Assembly: GCA_963807435.1 (NCBI GenBank)
Contig: CAWECA010000013.1
Span: 96,805-160,804 of the forward strand
Length of the DNA: 64,000 bases
Origin: an uncultured Verrucomicrobiae bacterium
GTDB lineage: Bacteria > Verrucomicrobiota > Verrucomicrobiia > Chthoniobacterales > UBA10450
Direction: 5' to 3'
Position 1 is the stretch's first letter, and every line of letters begins with the position of its first letter. The notes below the pieces were generated by a model that worked only from the letters and a program-made list of their open reading frames with translations, was not told where the DNA came from and did not search any database. The translations under genes were made by a program, and so were the position numbers. Shown in pieces: positions 31,223 through 39,812 of this stretch.

Positions 31223-32890
31223 TTACAGCCCGCGCAGTCGTACCAAGCCGAACACGAGGATTGCCATGAGTGTGAGTGCCGCACAAGCTTTGGCGAAAAG
31301 CTCGCCGTGGCGCGCATAAAATGTCAGCAGAGGTTCGGTCGGCACATTGATCTCGCCGGTGAGCACGCCTTCGGTGAAAGTGCTGCCCGTGTCATCTTTT
31401 AGTTCCTGAATTACGCGACCAAACTGGTTAATAAAACAGGTGACTCCGGTGTTGGCTGCACGAAGCATTGGCCGACGCGTTTCTACGCAGCGAAAAATTG
31501 CGTTTGCCAGGTGCTGATGTGATCCGGCCGAATGTTGAAACCATCCGTCGTTAGTCATATCAACAAGCAGATTGGCTCCGGGACTTGTCTCTGTGGGCAG
31601 GACAAATTGTCTGGTCAATTCGCCAATCGTATCTTCGAAGCAGATCAGCGGCGCCAGATGGACGTTGTTATTTGTCAGAGTAAATACCGTGTGCTGTTTT
31701 CCCGATTGAAAATCGCCGGGCACCTGGTCACCAACGATCTGCGCCAATAGCGGCACGTTGTGGCGCCCGGGAACATATTCACCAAAAGGAACCAGATGAA
31801 CCTTCCGATATACTTGCACTCGGTCACCGCCCTCGGAGACAAGCAACGCCGCATTGTAAGCATCGCCGTCTTCTTCGTCGATCGTGCCCATGAGAAGATC
31901 CGTCTCAGTCGACGCGGCAAGGTCCATCACGAACTTGTAACTCTCCTGGTCCTGGAGAACTGGCCCGGGCATCGCGCTTTCCGGCCAAACAAGTAATTCA
32001 GGCGGCGGATTTGATCGCAGAGAGATCTCACTCAGACGCCGAAATTGACCGAAAATTTTCCTCGTAAATTGCGGATCGAATTTTTGATGTTGCGGAACGT
32101 TTGATTGAACGGCAGCAACGCGGAGGGGCTTTCCTGGCGGAGAAACCTGCGTGGCGTGAAGTCCGAAAACCAAAACGCCTAGAATTGCAGCCATTGTAAA
32201 CGTGAAATCAAAATGCGGCCGCATCACACGCAGACGCGCCTCAAGAATCAGGCGATAGCCTGTTGTCAATATGATCACGTTGGCAAACGCGACCATGAAG
32301 GATAATCCGGCAAAACCGGTGAACTCCGCGATTTGGATCAGCGGCCAGTTGCCGTGCAGCGCCACACCAAGCCCGTTCCAGCCAAAGCCGGAGAAAACCC
32401 AGCCGCGTAGCCATTCTAACGCTGTCCATCCAGCGGCGAGCAGAAAGGCCAGCAGCAGGTTGTTTGTCGATTTCAGCCAGGGTGAATGTGGCGGAGCAGC
32501 CGCCGTTCGAGCCCGAACCAGCATTTGATCCCATTTTGTCGCGGTCGCTCGCTTTTTTCTGTCTCGCGGCCTGAGCAGGCCGCAGAACCATGCCCAGAGC
32601 GCGAAATATACCGCCATATAAAACTCAAGGACAAACCAGCCGAGCACCGTGACAGTTGTGAGCCAGGAGAACACGATCCAAAAAAACGTGAGCCCTGCGA
32701 CGTACCCCAGAAGCAGGTTCCGGAGCCAAGAACGGCGCGATCCTTCGCCGGAAAACCAAACCGCGGCGATGAGCGGAGTCAGGGCGATCCAGCAGAACCA
32801 GGTCAAATCAAACGGCGCAAAGCAAACCGCACAAAGTGTTCCGCTACAGATTGCCGCGAGCCACGGCCAAAACGTTGTGATTTTTTTCAT
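31223..32890 (-). CDS. lnt: apolipoprotein N-acyltransferase
   Basis: 555 aa; a multi-TM N-terminal half and a C-terminal CN-hydrolase domain (VWPESAMPG, YRKVHLVPFGEYVP, PLICFED). Confidence 0.9.
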   Translation of the reverse strand: MKKITTFWPWLAAICSGTLCAVCFAPFDLTWFCWIALTPLIAAVWFSGEGSRRSWLRNLLLGYVAGLTFFWIVFSWLTTVTVLGWFVLEFYMAVYFALWAWFCGLLRPRDRKKRATATKWDQMLVRARTAAAPPHSPWLKSTNNLLLAFLLAAGWTALEWLRGWVFSGFGWNGLGVALHGNWPLIQIAEFTGFAGLSFMVAFANVIILTTGYRLILEARLRVMRPHFDFTFTMAAILGVLVFGLHATQVSPPGKPLRVAAVQSNVPQHQKFDPQFTRKIFGQFRRLSEISLRSNPPPELLVWPESAMPGPVLQDQESYKFVMDLAASTETDLLMGTIDEEDGDAYNAALLVSEGGDRVQVYRKVHLVPFGEYVPGRHNVPLLAQIVGDQVPGDFQSGKQHTVFTLTNNNVHLAPLICFEDTIGELTRQFVLPTETSPGANLLVDMTNDGWFQHSAGSHQHLANAIFRCVETRRPMLRAANTGVTCFINQFGRVIQELKDDTGSTFTEGVLTGEINVPTEPLLTFYARHGELFAKACAALTLMAILVFGLVRLRGL

Positions 32891-33072
32891 TGAGTGCGCT
32901 CAAACCCAGCGACACAAAATCCCGCGACCAATCCTCTTTCCCAGCTGCCGGCCAGAATATCGTGTTGAGCGAACCGAAACATGTTGATTGTAAATTAAGG
33001 ACTGGCAAAAACTCAGAGAGCCTTGGCTTCCCTCAGGATGACAAATGCATGTCGGGAATTGTGATCTCGGAA

Positions 33073-35064
33073 CTATCGCAGCCGCGACTCGGCATCTTTT
33101 TGCAACCAGCTCCAGAGATCCACCAGTTTTGTTTGAACTTCTCCCTTAATATGGGCGAGGGCGGAGGCAGTGAGTTTTTCGTTTCCCGGTCGGCGATGTG
33201 CAAAAAGGTAATATTTTATCTTCGGCTCCGTGCCCGATGGACGCACCGCGATTCGCGGTCCATCCTCCAGCTCAAACATCAACATCTTGGTTTTTGGAAT
33301 CAGATCGCCTTCGACATCTCTAATCTCCTCGGTCTCGAAATTTCTAGTGTGCGCCACTCTCGATCCGAGTATTTCATGGACCGGGTTGGCGGCGTATGAC
33401 TTCATTAAACTGGCAATCTTGTCGGCGCCTTCAGCGCCTTCAAAAACCAGAGAACTGGTTTTCTCCGAGAAATATCCGAATTGCGTATAGATTTCGTCGA
33501 GCAATTCATCAATCGTTTGTCCACGCGACTTCGCGTAAGCCGCCACTTCGCAAAGCATGATCACTGCGCCGTTGCCGTCTTTATCACGAATAAAATCGGC
33601 GCCGCTGTAACCGTAGCTTTCTTCGCCGCCGAAAACATAGAATGAAGAATATGCGAGCCGGAGTCGGCGCGTTTCCGCTTCTGTAAGATCGACATAACTC
33701 TGGCGCAATTGTTCGGGAATGGCGTGCTCGTACTTCGCTAGTTTCGCGCCGATATACTTGAAACCCGTCAACGTTTCGACGCACGGGATACCGTAGGAAC
33801 CGGCAATTACCTTTTGCAGATCGGTCGTGACGAAAGTCTTGATGATTACGGCGTGCGAAGCGTTTTGTTTATCGAGTGCACCCTTGTCGAAGAGTGTTTT
33901 GATTCGGTACCAGACGAGGAGCGAACCAATTTGGTTCCCGGTCAGCAGTTCGAGTTCCCCATTTTTCGTTCGAACTGCTGCGCCCATACGATCGCAGTCC
34001 GGATCAGTCGCCACGATCAGATCGGACTTCTCTTTTTTGGCAAGATCGATCGCCATCGTCAACGCTTCGCCATATTCCGGGTTCGGCGATTTGACGGTGG
34101 GAAAACGGCCATCGAAACAATCCTGTTGCGGTACGACTTGAAAGTTGAACCCGAGCCGTGTGAGCATCGGCTTAATAATGACGCTGCCGGTCCCGTGCAA
34201 CGGGCTGTAAACGATACGCAGCGATTTTGCGCCCCGAACTAACTGCGGATCGAGGATCAACGTCTCGAGGCGGTGCATGTAAGCCTGATCGATGTTCTTT
34301 CCGATCGTCGTCACTTTTCCTTGTTGCTCTTTCGGAAGAGGCGTAAACGATTCGCTGGTAATTGCATTTACCCTGGTAATGATCCCGCTGGCGTGCGGTT
34401 CAATCACTTGTGCGCCGTCGCTGAAATACACTTTGAACCCGTTGTCATAAGGCGGGTTGTGGCTCGCAGTGATCACTGCTCCGGCGCTGGCATGAAGATA
34501 ACGCACCGCAAACGAAAGCTCCGGAACAGATCGCGGGCTGTCGAACACAAACGCGTCGCAACCGTTCTCGGCTGCAACTTTGGCGGCCAATTCGGCAAAT
34601 TCTTTCGAGAAAAATCGCGGATCGTGTGCCAGGACAATTTTTGGCTTCGCTGAAATGCTCTCCTGCCGATTCCAGTCGTGCAGATAGAAGACCAGTCCAC
34701 GTGTGGCGCGATTGATATTGAAGAAATTCATCGCGTTCGTGCCGACGCATGGAAACTGCGGTCGCTGGTCTTTGGGGGCATCGCCGCGTTCTGCAGCGGT
34801 CACAATTTTTCCGATTGTCCGCCCGCGCAGGCCGCCGGTCCCAAAGGCAAGCGTCTGATAAAACCGATCGTTTAACTCCTGCCACTCACCGGCGCCGACC
34901 AATTCGTCAACCGATCGAAAATAGAGGTCGGAGCTCGCGCCGGCGAGGAGTGAACGAATGTTCTTCGCCGACGATGCGAGAAGCTGCTCTTCAGCAACTG
35001 CCTGTTCGATTTTGGAATTCAAGTCTGCACCGTTCGTTGCCATCGCTGCCAACTGTTCCGTCAT
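33073..35064 (-). CDS. phospho-sugar mutase (phosphoglucomutase/phosphomannomutase family)
   Basis: Active-site loop ITASHNPPYDNGFKVY, Mg site ATDPDCDRMG, sugar loop GGEESYG; 663 aa. Confidence 0.9.
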   Translation of the reverse strand: MTEQLAAMATNGADLNSKIEQAVAEEQLLASSAKNIRSLLAGASSDLYFRSVDELVGAGEWQELNDRFYQTLAFGTGGLRGRTIGKIVTAAERGDAPKDQRPQFPCVGTNAMNFFNINRATRGLVFYLHDWNRQESISAKPKIVLAHDPRFFSKEFAELAAKVAAENGCDAFVFDSPRSVPELSFAVRYLHASAGAVITASHNPPYDNGFKVYFSDGAQVIEPHASGIITRVNAITSESFTPLPKEQQGKVTTIGKNIDQAYMHRLETLILDPQLVRGAKSLRIVYSPLHGTGSVIIKPMLTRLGFNFQVVPQQDCFDGRFPTVKSPNPEYGEALTMAIDLAKKEKSDLIVATDPDCDRMGAAVRTKNGELELLTGNQIGSLLVWYRIKTLFDKGALDKQNASHAVIIKTFVTTDLQKVIAGSYGIPCVETLTGFKYIGAKLAKYEHAIPEQLRQSYVDLTEAETRRLRLAYSSFYVFGGEESYGYSGADFIRDKDGNGAVIMLCEVAAYAKSRGQTIDELLDEIYTQFGYFSEKTSSLVFEGAEGADKIASLMKSYAANPVHEILGSRVAHTRNFETEEIRDVEGDLIPKTKMLMFELEDGPRIAVRPSGTEPKIKYYLFAHRRPGNEKLTASALAHIKGEVQTKLVDLWSWLQKDAESRLR

Positions 35065-35076
35065 CTATGGTTGTGG

Positions 35077-35095
35077 GGCAAGCGCTGCGCTTGCC
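35077..35095 (-). terminator. GC-rich hairpin between the ornithine-cyclodeaminase-like gene and the phospho-sugar mutase gene
   Basis: GGCAAGC-gctgc-GCTTGCC. The same arms (GGCAAG-cgg-CTTGCC) recur at 55705-55719. Confidence 0.3.
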
Positions 35096-35126
35096 GGGAA
35101 TAAATGAGCACTCCAAGCAGGGACCT

Positions 35127-36041
35127 CTACAATTTGATATGCGATCGGTACACCTGCGTGGCGGCGGCGATATCTTCTGCGGCCATCCCTAACGACTTAA
35201 AGATCGTGATCTCATTTGCGTGTGTGGGAACTTTCTCGACCAGTGCTTCGCCGAGTTCGGCATAGACTGTCACGCCGGAAAGAATCACATCGCCGGATTC
35301 CTTTAGCGCGCCTTCGCGAGAATCGACGAATAAGACTCCCCGTTGCATCGCATCATCGTCCAATTCGCGCCAGTCGGGCCGACAGGCACCGATTGCGTTT
35401 ACATGCGCGCCAGCTTTCAGCCAGCTACCTTGCAATATTGGCTCTTTCGAATTGGTGACGGTCACAACCACATCCGCGCCGCGAACTGCTTGTTCGACGG
35501 ACATCGATGTGGCTCCGATTTCCTTTGCGAACTGTTGCGCATGCTCCGAAGTAGGACTCCAGACCCGCATCTCTTCGAATTCCCTAACGAGCCGCAACGC
35601 TTGCACATGGCTGCGCGCCTGCACGCCGCTGCCTAAAATGGCGAGAATTTTAGCATCAGGTGAGGCGAGCAATTTCGTCGCAACGGCGGATACAGCTGCA
35701 GTTCTCATTTCGGTGATCAACCGCCCGTCCATAATCGCAAGCGGCGTCCCCGTTTGCGGATCGACAAGAAAAATGGTGGCCATGTGCGTGGGGATCTCAC
35801 GTTTGGCGTTGGACGGATAAAAAGTGACCACCTTCAATCCAAGCCCATCCACGGTCAGCGCCGGCATCAAACCCAGAAACCCTCCCAGTGGATCGACCTT
35901 GATCACCGAGCGCACCGGCTGCGTCACTTTGCCCGCCGAAAAATCGATCAACGCCCGCTCCATCGCGACAATCAAATCGGTCATCCGTAGATGCTGTCGA
36001 ACTTGTTCTTCGTCGAGGAAAATCGGCCGATCAATTTTCAT
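35127..36041 (-). CDS. ornithine cyclodeaminase/mu-crystallin family protein
   Basis: 305 aa from ATG 36041; Rossmann ILGSGVQARSH and the family-typical MPA../TAAVSAVA segments. Confidence 0.8.
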   Translation of the reverse strand: MKIDRPIFLDEEQVRQHLRMTDLIVAMERALIDFSAGKVTQPVRSVIKVDPLGGFLGLMPALTVDGLGLKVVTFYPSNAKREIPTHMATIFLVDPQTGTPLAIMDGRLITEMRTAAVSAVATKLLASPDAKILAILGSGVQARSHVQALRLVREFEEMRVWSPTSEHAQQFAKEIGATSMSVEQAVRGADVVVTVTNSKEPILQGSWLKAGAHVNAIGACRPDWRELDDDAMQRGVLFVDSREGALKESGDVILSGVTVYAELGEALVEKVPTHANEITIFKSLGMAAEDIAAATQVYRSHIKL

Positions 36042-36102
36042 GGGTAAGCCTCGGATTGCACAGATACCACGGACGCAAAAATAATCTTCGTCTTGAAATT
36101 CG

Positions 36103-36129
36103 TAATCCGTGCTATCCGTGTAATCCGTG
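36103..36129. repeat. 3 tandem copies of the 9-mer TAATCCGTG / CTATCCGTG / TAATCCGTG
   Basis: Read directly from the sequence. An inverted partial copy ACCACGGA lies at 36066-36073 (reverse complement of TCCGTGGT at 36124-36131). Confidence 0.9.
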
Positions 36130-37344
36130 GTTGAAAAACTGCAAACCCGCTGCGTGATCGTTGGCGGCGGACCGGCTGGGATAATGGCCGCATACTTGCT
36201 GGCGCGAGCAGGCGTGTCAGTGATTGTGCTGGAAAAGCACGCCGATTTCTTTCGCGATTTCCGCGGCGACACGATTCATCCATCCACACTGGAGCTGATG
36301 TATGAGCTCGGATTGCTGGATGAATTTCTGAAACAACCGCATCAGGAGGTAACCGAGTTGCGCGGTGTAATCAACGGGCAGACAGTGCCGATCGCTGATT
36401 TCACGAAGCTGCCAACGCACTGCAAATTTATCGCATTTATGCCGCAGTGGGACTTCCTAAATTTTCTCTCCGCGCGCGCAAAGCGATCCCCAAACTTCCA
36501 GTTGCTCATGGAACACGAAGTGGTTGATCTCATTTTCGAAAGCAATCGTGTCGTGGGAGTACGTGCAAAGGCGCCGCGCGGTGAGGTGGAAGTGCGCGCC
36601 GATCTTGTAATTGGCGCTGATGGACGGCATTCCGTAATTCACACCCGTGCAGGGTTCGAACAGTGCGAGTTCGGTGTTCCGATCGACGTGCTTTGGATGC
36701 GAATCTCTAAAAAACCCGGAGATCCTCAACAAACATTCGGCTTTTTCCAGAGTGGCAAGCTGCTGGTGCTGATCGATCGCGGCGAGTACTGGCAAGCCGG
36801 GTTCGTCATTCCCAAGGGCGGCTTTGAAGAAGTGAAGGCACGCGGCCTGCCACAGTTGCAAAATGATATCGTCAGCTTCGCCGGATTTTTACGCGATCGC
36901 GTGGCGGAATTAGACGACTGGTCGAAAATCAGGTTGCTCACCGTGCAGATCAATCGTCTGCGCGACTGGTGCCGGGAAGGATTGCTTTGCATCGGTGACT
37001 CTGCGCACGCCATGTCGCCTGCGGGCGGTGTTGGGATCAATCTGGCAATTCAAGACGCGGTTGCGACTGCAAATCTGCTTTGGGAAAAGTTGCGAAGCGG
37101 TCCTGTGTCAGTGGAAAATTTGCGCAAGGTGCAGGCGCGTCGCGAATGGCCGACCCGTCTGATTCAGGGAATGCAGGTGTTCATTCATCGTCATGTCGTA
37201 ACTGGCCAGGCGTCGAATGGCAAAAATTCGTTGCCGTTCGTGGTTCGTTTGTTGAAATGGTTTCCGGTTCTGCGGCAGTTGCCCGCTCGCTTTATCGGTA
37301 CAGGCCCGCGGCCCGAGCACGTTCACATTCCCGCTGCCGAATAA
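36127..37344 (+). CDS. FAD-dependent monooxygenase (UbiH/VisC-like)
   Basis: VIVGGGPAGIMAAYLLARAG dinucleotide-binding motif and GDSAHAMSPAGGVGINLAIQDA. The GTG start sits inside the last copy of a 9-mer repeat. Confidence 0.8.
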   Translation: MVEKLQTRCVIVGGGPAGIMAAYLLARAGVSVIVLEKHADFFRDFRGDTIHPSTLELMYELGLLDEFLKQPHQEVTELRGVINGQTVPIADFTKLPTHCKFIAFMPQWDFLNFLSARAKRSPNFQLLMEHEVVDLIFESNRVVGVRAKAPRGEVEVRADLVIGADGRHSVIHTRAGFEQCEFGVPIDVLWMRISKKPGDPQQTFGFFQSGKLLVLIDRGEYWQAGFVIPKGGFEEVKARGLPQLQNDIVSFAGFLRDRVAELDDWSKIRLLTVQINRLRDWCREGLLCIGDSAHAMSPAGGVGINLAIQDAVATANLLWEKLRSGPVSVENLRKVQARREWPTRLIQGMQVFIHRHVVTGQASNGKNSLPFVVRLLKWFPVLRQLPARFIGTGPRPEHVHIPAAE

Positions 37345-37511
37345 GAAGAGGAACGGCGTTGATTTTCATGAATCTAATGGAGGCATATGTTTCGTCGGAC
37401 CGTAAAGATGAAAGCTGAATCGTCTGCGCGACGGCGGATGTCGGCGATGGGCTCCGGCGACTTCCGTGGAGCCATCCTGTTGATCCGTGAGCTGCCGCAA
37501 TACGAACGTTA

Positions 37512-37924
37512 TTGGACAGTTTCTGTCGGGGCTTTGACCGCATGTTCGGGCACGACGTGTGCCCGGCACTGGCAAACGAAATCACAGGAAACCTGAATGT
37601 TGCGCTGCTGGCGTTGCTGATCGTTTGGACATTTGCCGCGTTCGGTGAGGAAATCGCGTACCGCGGCTACCTCCTCGCGCGTGCAGCCGATATCGGCGCA
37701 AGATCGATGATAGCCTACTGGGCAGGGATTGTGCTTGTCTCAATCTTGTTTGGTTTTGGCCATTATTATAAAGGTCTCTCTGGAGTCATTGATTCCGGGT
37801 TCGCAGGGTTATTTTGGGAGCGGCCTTCATGCTGGCAGGCCGCAATCTTTGGGCCTGCATCCTGGCTCACGGATTTATTGACACATTCGGCATTATCGAC
37901 GCCTTTTTCGGATGGTCGAAGTAG
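37512..37924 (+). pseudogene. CPBP-family intramembrane glutamic endopeptidase, frameshifted and possibly N-terminally truncated
   Basis: Motifs GEEIAYRG and FGFGHYY are in one frame; the third motif (..VILGAAFMLAGRNLWACILAHGFIDTFG..) is in the -1 frame after GGG 37806-37808. No TM-coding sequence is visible upstream (37345-37511). Confidence 0.65.
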
Positions 37925-38868
37925 GTAAGGCAGTCGATATCGCTGAAATTCGTGCCGCGTACGAAAGGGTTCGCCAGCACGTTCACCGGACACCGGTGAT
38001 GACGAGTTCGCGACTCAATGCGGCAAATGGCGCCTCATTGTTTTTTAAGTGTGAAAATTTTCAGAAGGTCGGCGCGTTCAAAGCTCGTGGTGCAACGAAT
38101 GCGGTCTTTGTGCTGGACGACGCAACAGCACGACGCGGTGTGGCGACACATTCCTCGGGCAACCACGGGGCTGCGGTAGCCCGTGCGGCGGAGTTGCGTG
38201 GTATACCAGCGCACATCGTCATGCCATCGAACTCGGCGAAAGTGAAGGTACGCGCGGTCGAAGGTTACGGCGCGCGCGTCGTCTTTTGCGAGCCAACGGA
38301 AGAGTCACGTGAGATCAAATGCGCTGAAGTGATCGAGCGAACTGGCGCAACGTTGATTCACTCGTTTGAAAATGAACACGTGATCGCCGGGCAGGGGACT
38401 GCCGCGATGGAGCTACTGGAAGATATTCCCGATCTTGATGTGATCATGTGTCCGGTCGGTGGTGGCGGTTTACTGTCGGGCACAGCGATCGCCGCGAAAT
38501 CGATGCGACCGGAGATAGAGGTGATCGCGGTCGAGCCAGAGAATGCCGACGATGCGGCGCAATCCTTTCGCGCCGGGCGACGCGTTGTGACAGAGAAAAA
38601 ATTCACAATTGCGGATGGATTGCGGACAAACATAGGCGAACCGAATTTTGCCATCGTTCAGCGGTATGTGAATGACATAGTGACGGTGAGCGAGGATGCG
38701 ATCGTTTCGGCCATGCGCGCGATTTGGGAGACGATGAAGATCATCGTCGAACCTTCCGCGGCTGTTCCGTACGCAGCTATTCAGGAAGAAAAGATCGGTG
38801 GCGTTCGTAAACGCATCGGCATCATTCTCACGGGTGGCAATGTCGATCTCGACGTGCTGCCGTGGTAG
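37912..38868 (+). CDS. PLP-dependent serine/threonine dehydratase (serine racemase / hydroxyaspartate ammonia-lyase-like)
   Basis: FKCENFQKVGAFKARGA PLP-lysine motif, GGGGLLSG loop; 318 aa. Confidence 0.85.
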   Translation: MVEVGKAVDIAEIRAAYERVRQHVHRTPVMTSSRLNAANGASLFFKCENFQKVGAFKARGATNAVFVLDDATARRGVATHSSGNHGAAVARAAELRGIPAHIVMPSNSAKVKVRAVEGYGARVVFCEPTEESREIKCAEVIERTGATLIHSFENEHVIAGQGTAAMELLEDIPDLDVIMCPVGGGGLLSGTAIAAKSMRPEIEVIAVEPENADDAAQSFRAGRRVVTEKKFTIADGLRTNIGEPNFAIVQRYVNDIVTVSEDAIVSAMRAIWETMKIIVEPSAAVPYAAIQEEKIGGVRKRIGIILTGGNVDLDVLPW

Positions 38869-38937
38869 AAAGATCGCGCTGCGACCGCAGCCCCGGATTC
38901 CCCGCCAAAACGGTGCGCAAAGCGAGAGCATGAAAAG

Positions 38938-39735
38938 GTGATGATGAGTTACTCATTATTCTTCGTTGCCACTGTTTTGGCCGGAACAATCAATGCACTG
39001 GCCGGTGGCGGCGGGTTGATCCTGCTCCCCATATTAATGCTGGTCGTGACACCGGTAACCGCCGACGCCACAAGCGCGATCGCCTTGTTCTTTGCTTATC
39101 CAACAGCGGTGTGGCGAACCAGGAGTCAGTTAACCGGTGTTCTAAATCGCGGATGGTTTTGGCTGCTTCTGGTTCCATGTGTTCTGGGTGGTCTAGCAGG
39201 AGCGATGCTACTAAGTCGCACCGGGAATCGCAGCTTCGTTCAGTTGGTACCTTGGTTGGTACTGGTCGCCACTGTTATCATTGTGCTACGGCCAATCCTG
39301 GTTCGACGTGACGAAACTGGCAGCGTGCACCCGGACATCGCGATGGCGTGGTGGCCCGTCGCGATTGCGGGCATGTTTCTAGTGGCATTGTACGGCGGCT
39401 ACTTCGGAGCGGGGATCGGCATCCTTGTGATCGGCGCACTAAGTTTTATCTCGCGCGGCGATATCCGTCACGTAGTCGCGCTCAAGAATTTCCTCAACCT
39501 GTGCATGCGAGGAGTGGCCGTCCTGGTCCTGGTGCTGGAAGGCAGTGTGAACTGGAAATACGGCGTGCCGATGGCGCTCGGTGGTCTTATTGGCGGCTAT
39601 GTCGGCGGAATGGTATCGCATCGCACGAATCGTACCGCTGTTCGTTGCATCGTTATCGCGATCGGATTTACGGCAGCCATCTATTACTTTTGGAAGTTGT
39701 ACGGCTCGACTGTACCGCAGATGGGTGGGGAGTAG
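38938..39735 (+). CDS. TauE/SafE family sulfite-exporter-like membrane protein (DUF81)
   Basis: 265 aa with about 8 TM helices; N-terminus LAGGGGLILLPIL and the repeated half YGGYFGAGIGILV are typical of DUF81. Confidence 0.75.
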   Translation: MMMSYSLFFVATVLAGTINALAGGGGLILLPILMLVVTPVTADATSAIALFFAYPTAVWRTRSQLTGVLNRGWFWLLLVPCVLGGLAGAMLLSRTGNRSFVQLVPWLVLVATVIIVLRPILVRRDETGSVHPDIAMAWWPVAIAGMFLVALYGGYFGAGIGILVIGALSFISRGDIRHVVALKNFLNLCMRGVAVLVLVLEGSVNWKYGVPMALGGLIGGYVGGMVSHRTNRTAVRCIVIAIGFTAAIYYFWKLYGSTVPQMGGE

Positions 39736-39749
39736 GCTGACAAGAAAAT

Positions 39750-39781
39750 CCGGCTGCAGCCGGTAGACTTGAAAAAGTCTA
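39750..39781. terminator. two adjacent hairpins between convergent genes (bidirectional terminator candidate)
   Basis: Perfect 14-nt palindrome CCGGCTGCAGCCGG (39750-39763), followed immediately by TAGACTT-GAAA-AAGTCTA (39764-39781). Both lie between the TauE stop (39735) and the PHP::GT4 stop (39813). Confidence 0.5.
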
Positions 39782-39812
39782 GCGAGCGTTCTCCTCCGCG
39801 TACACCGAATGC

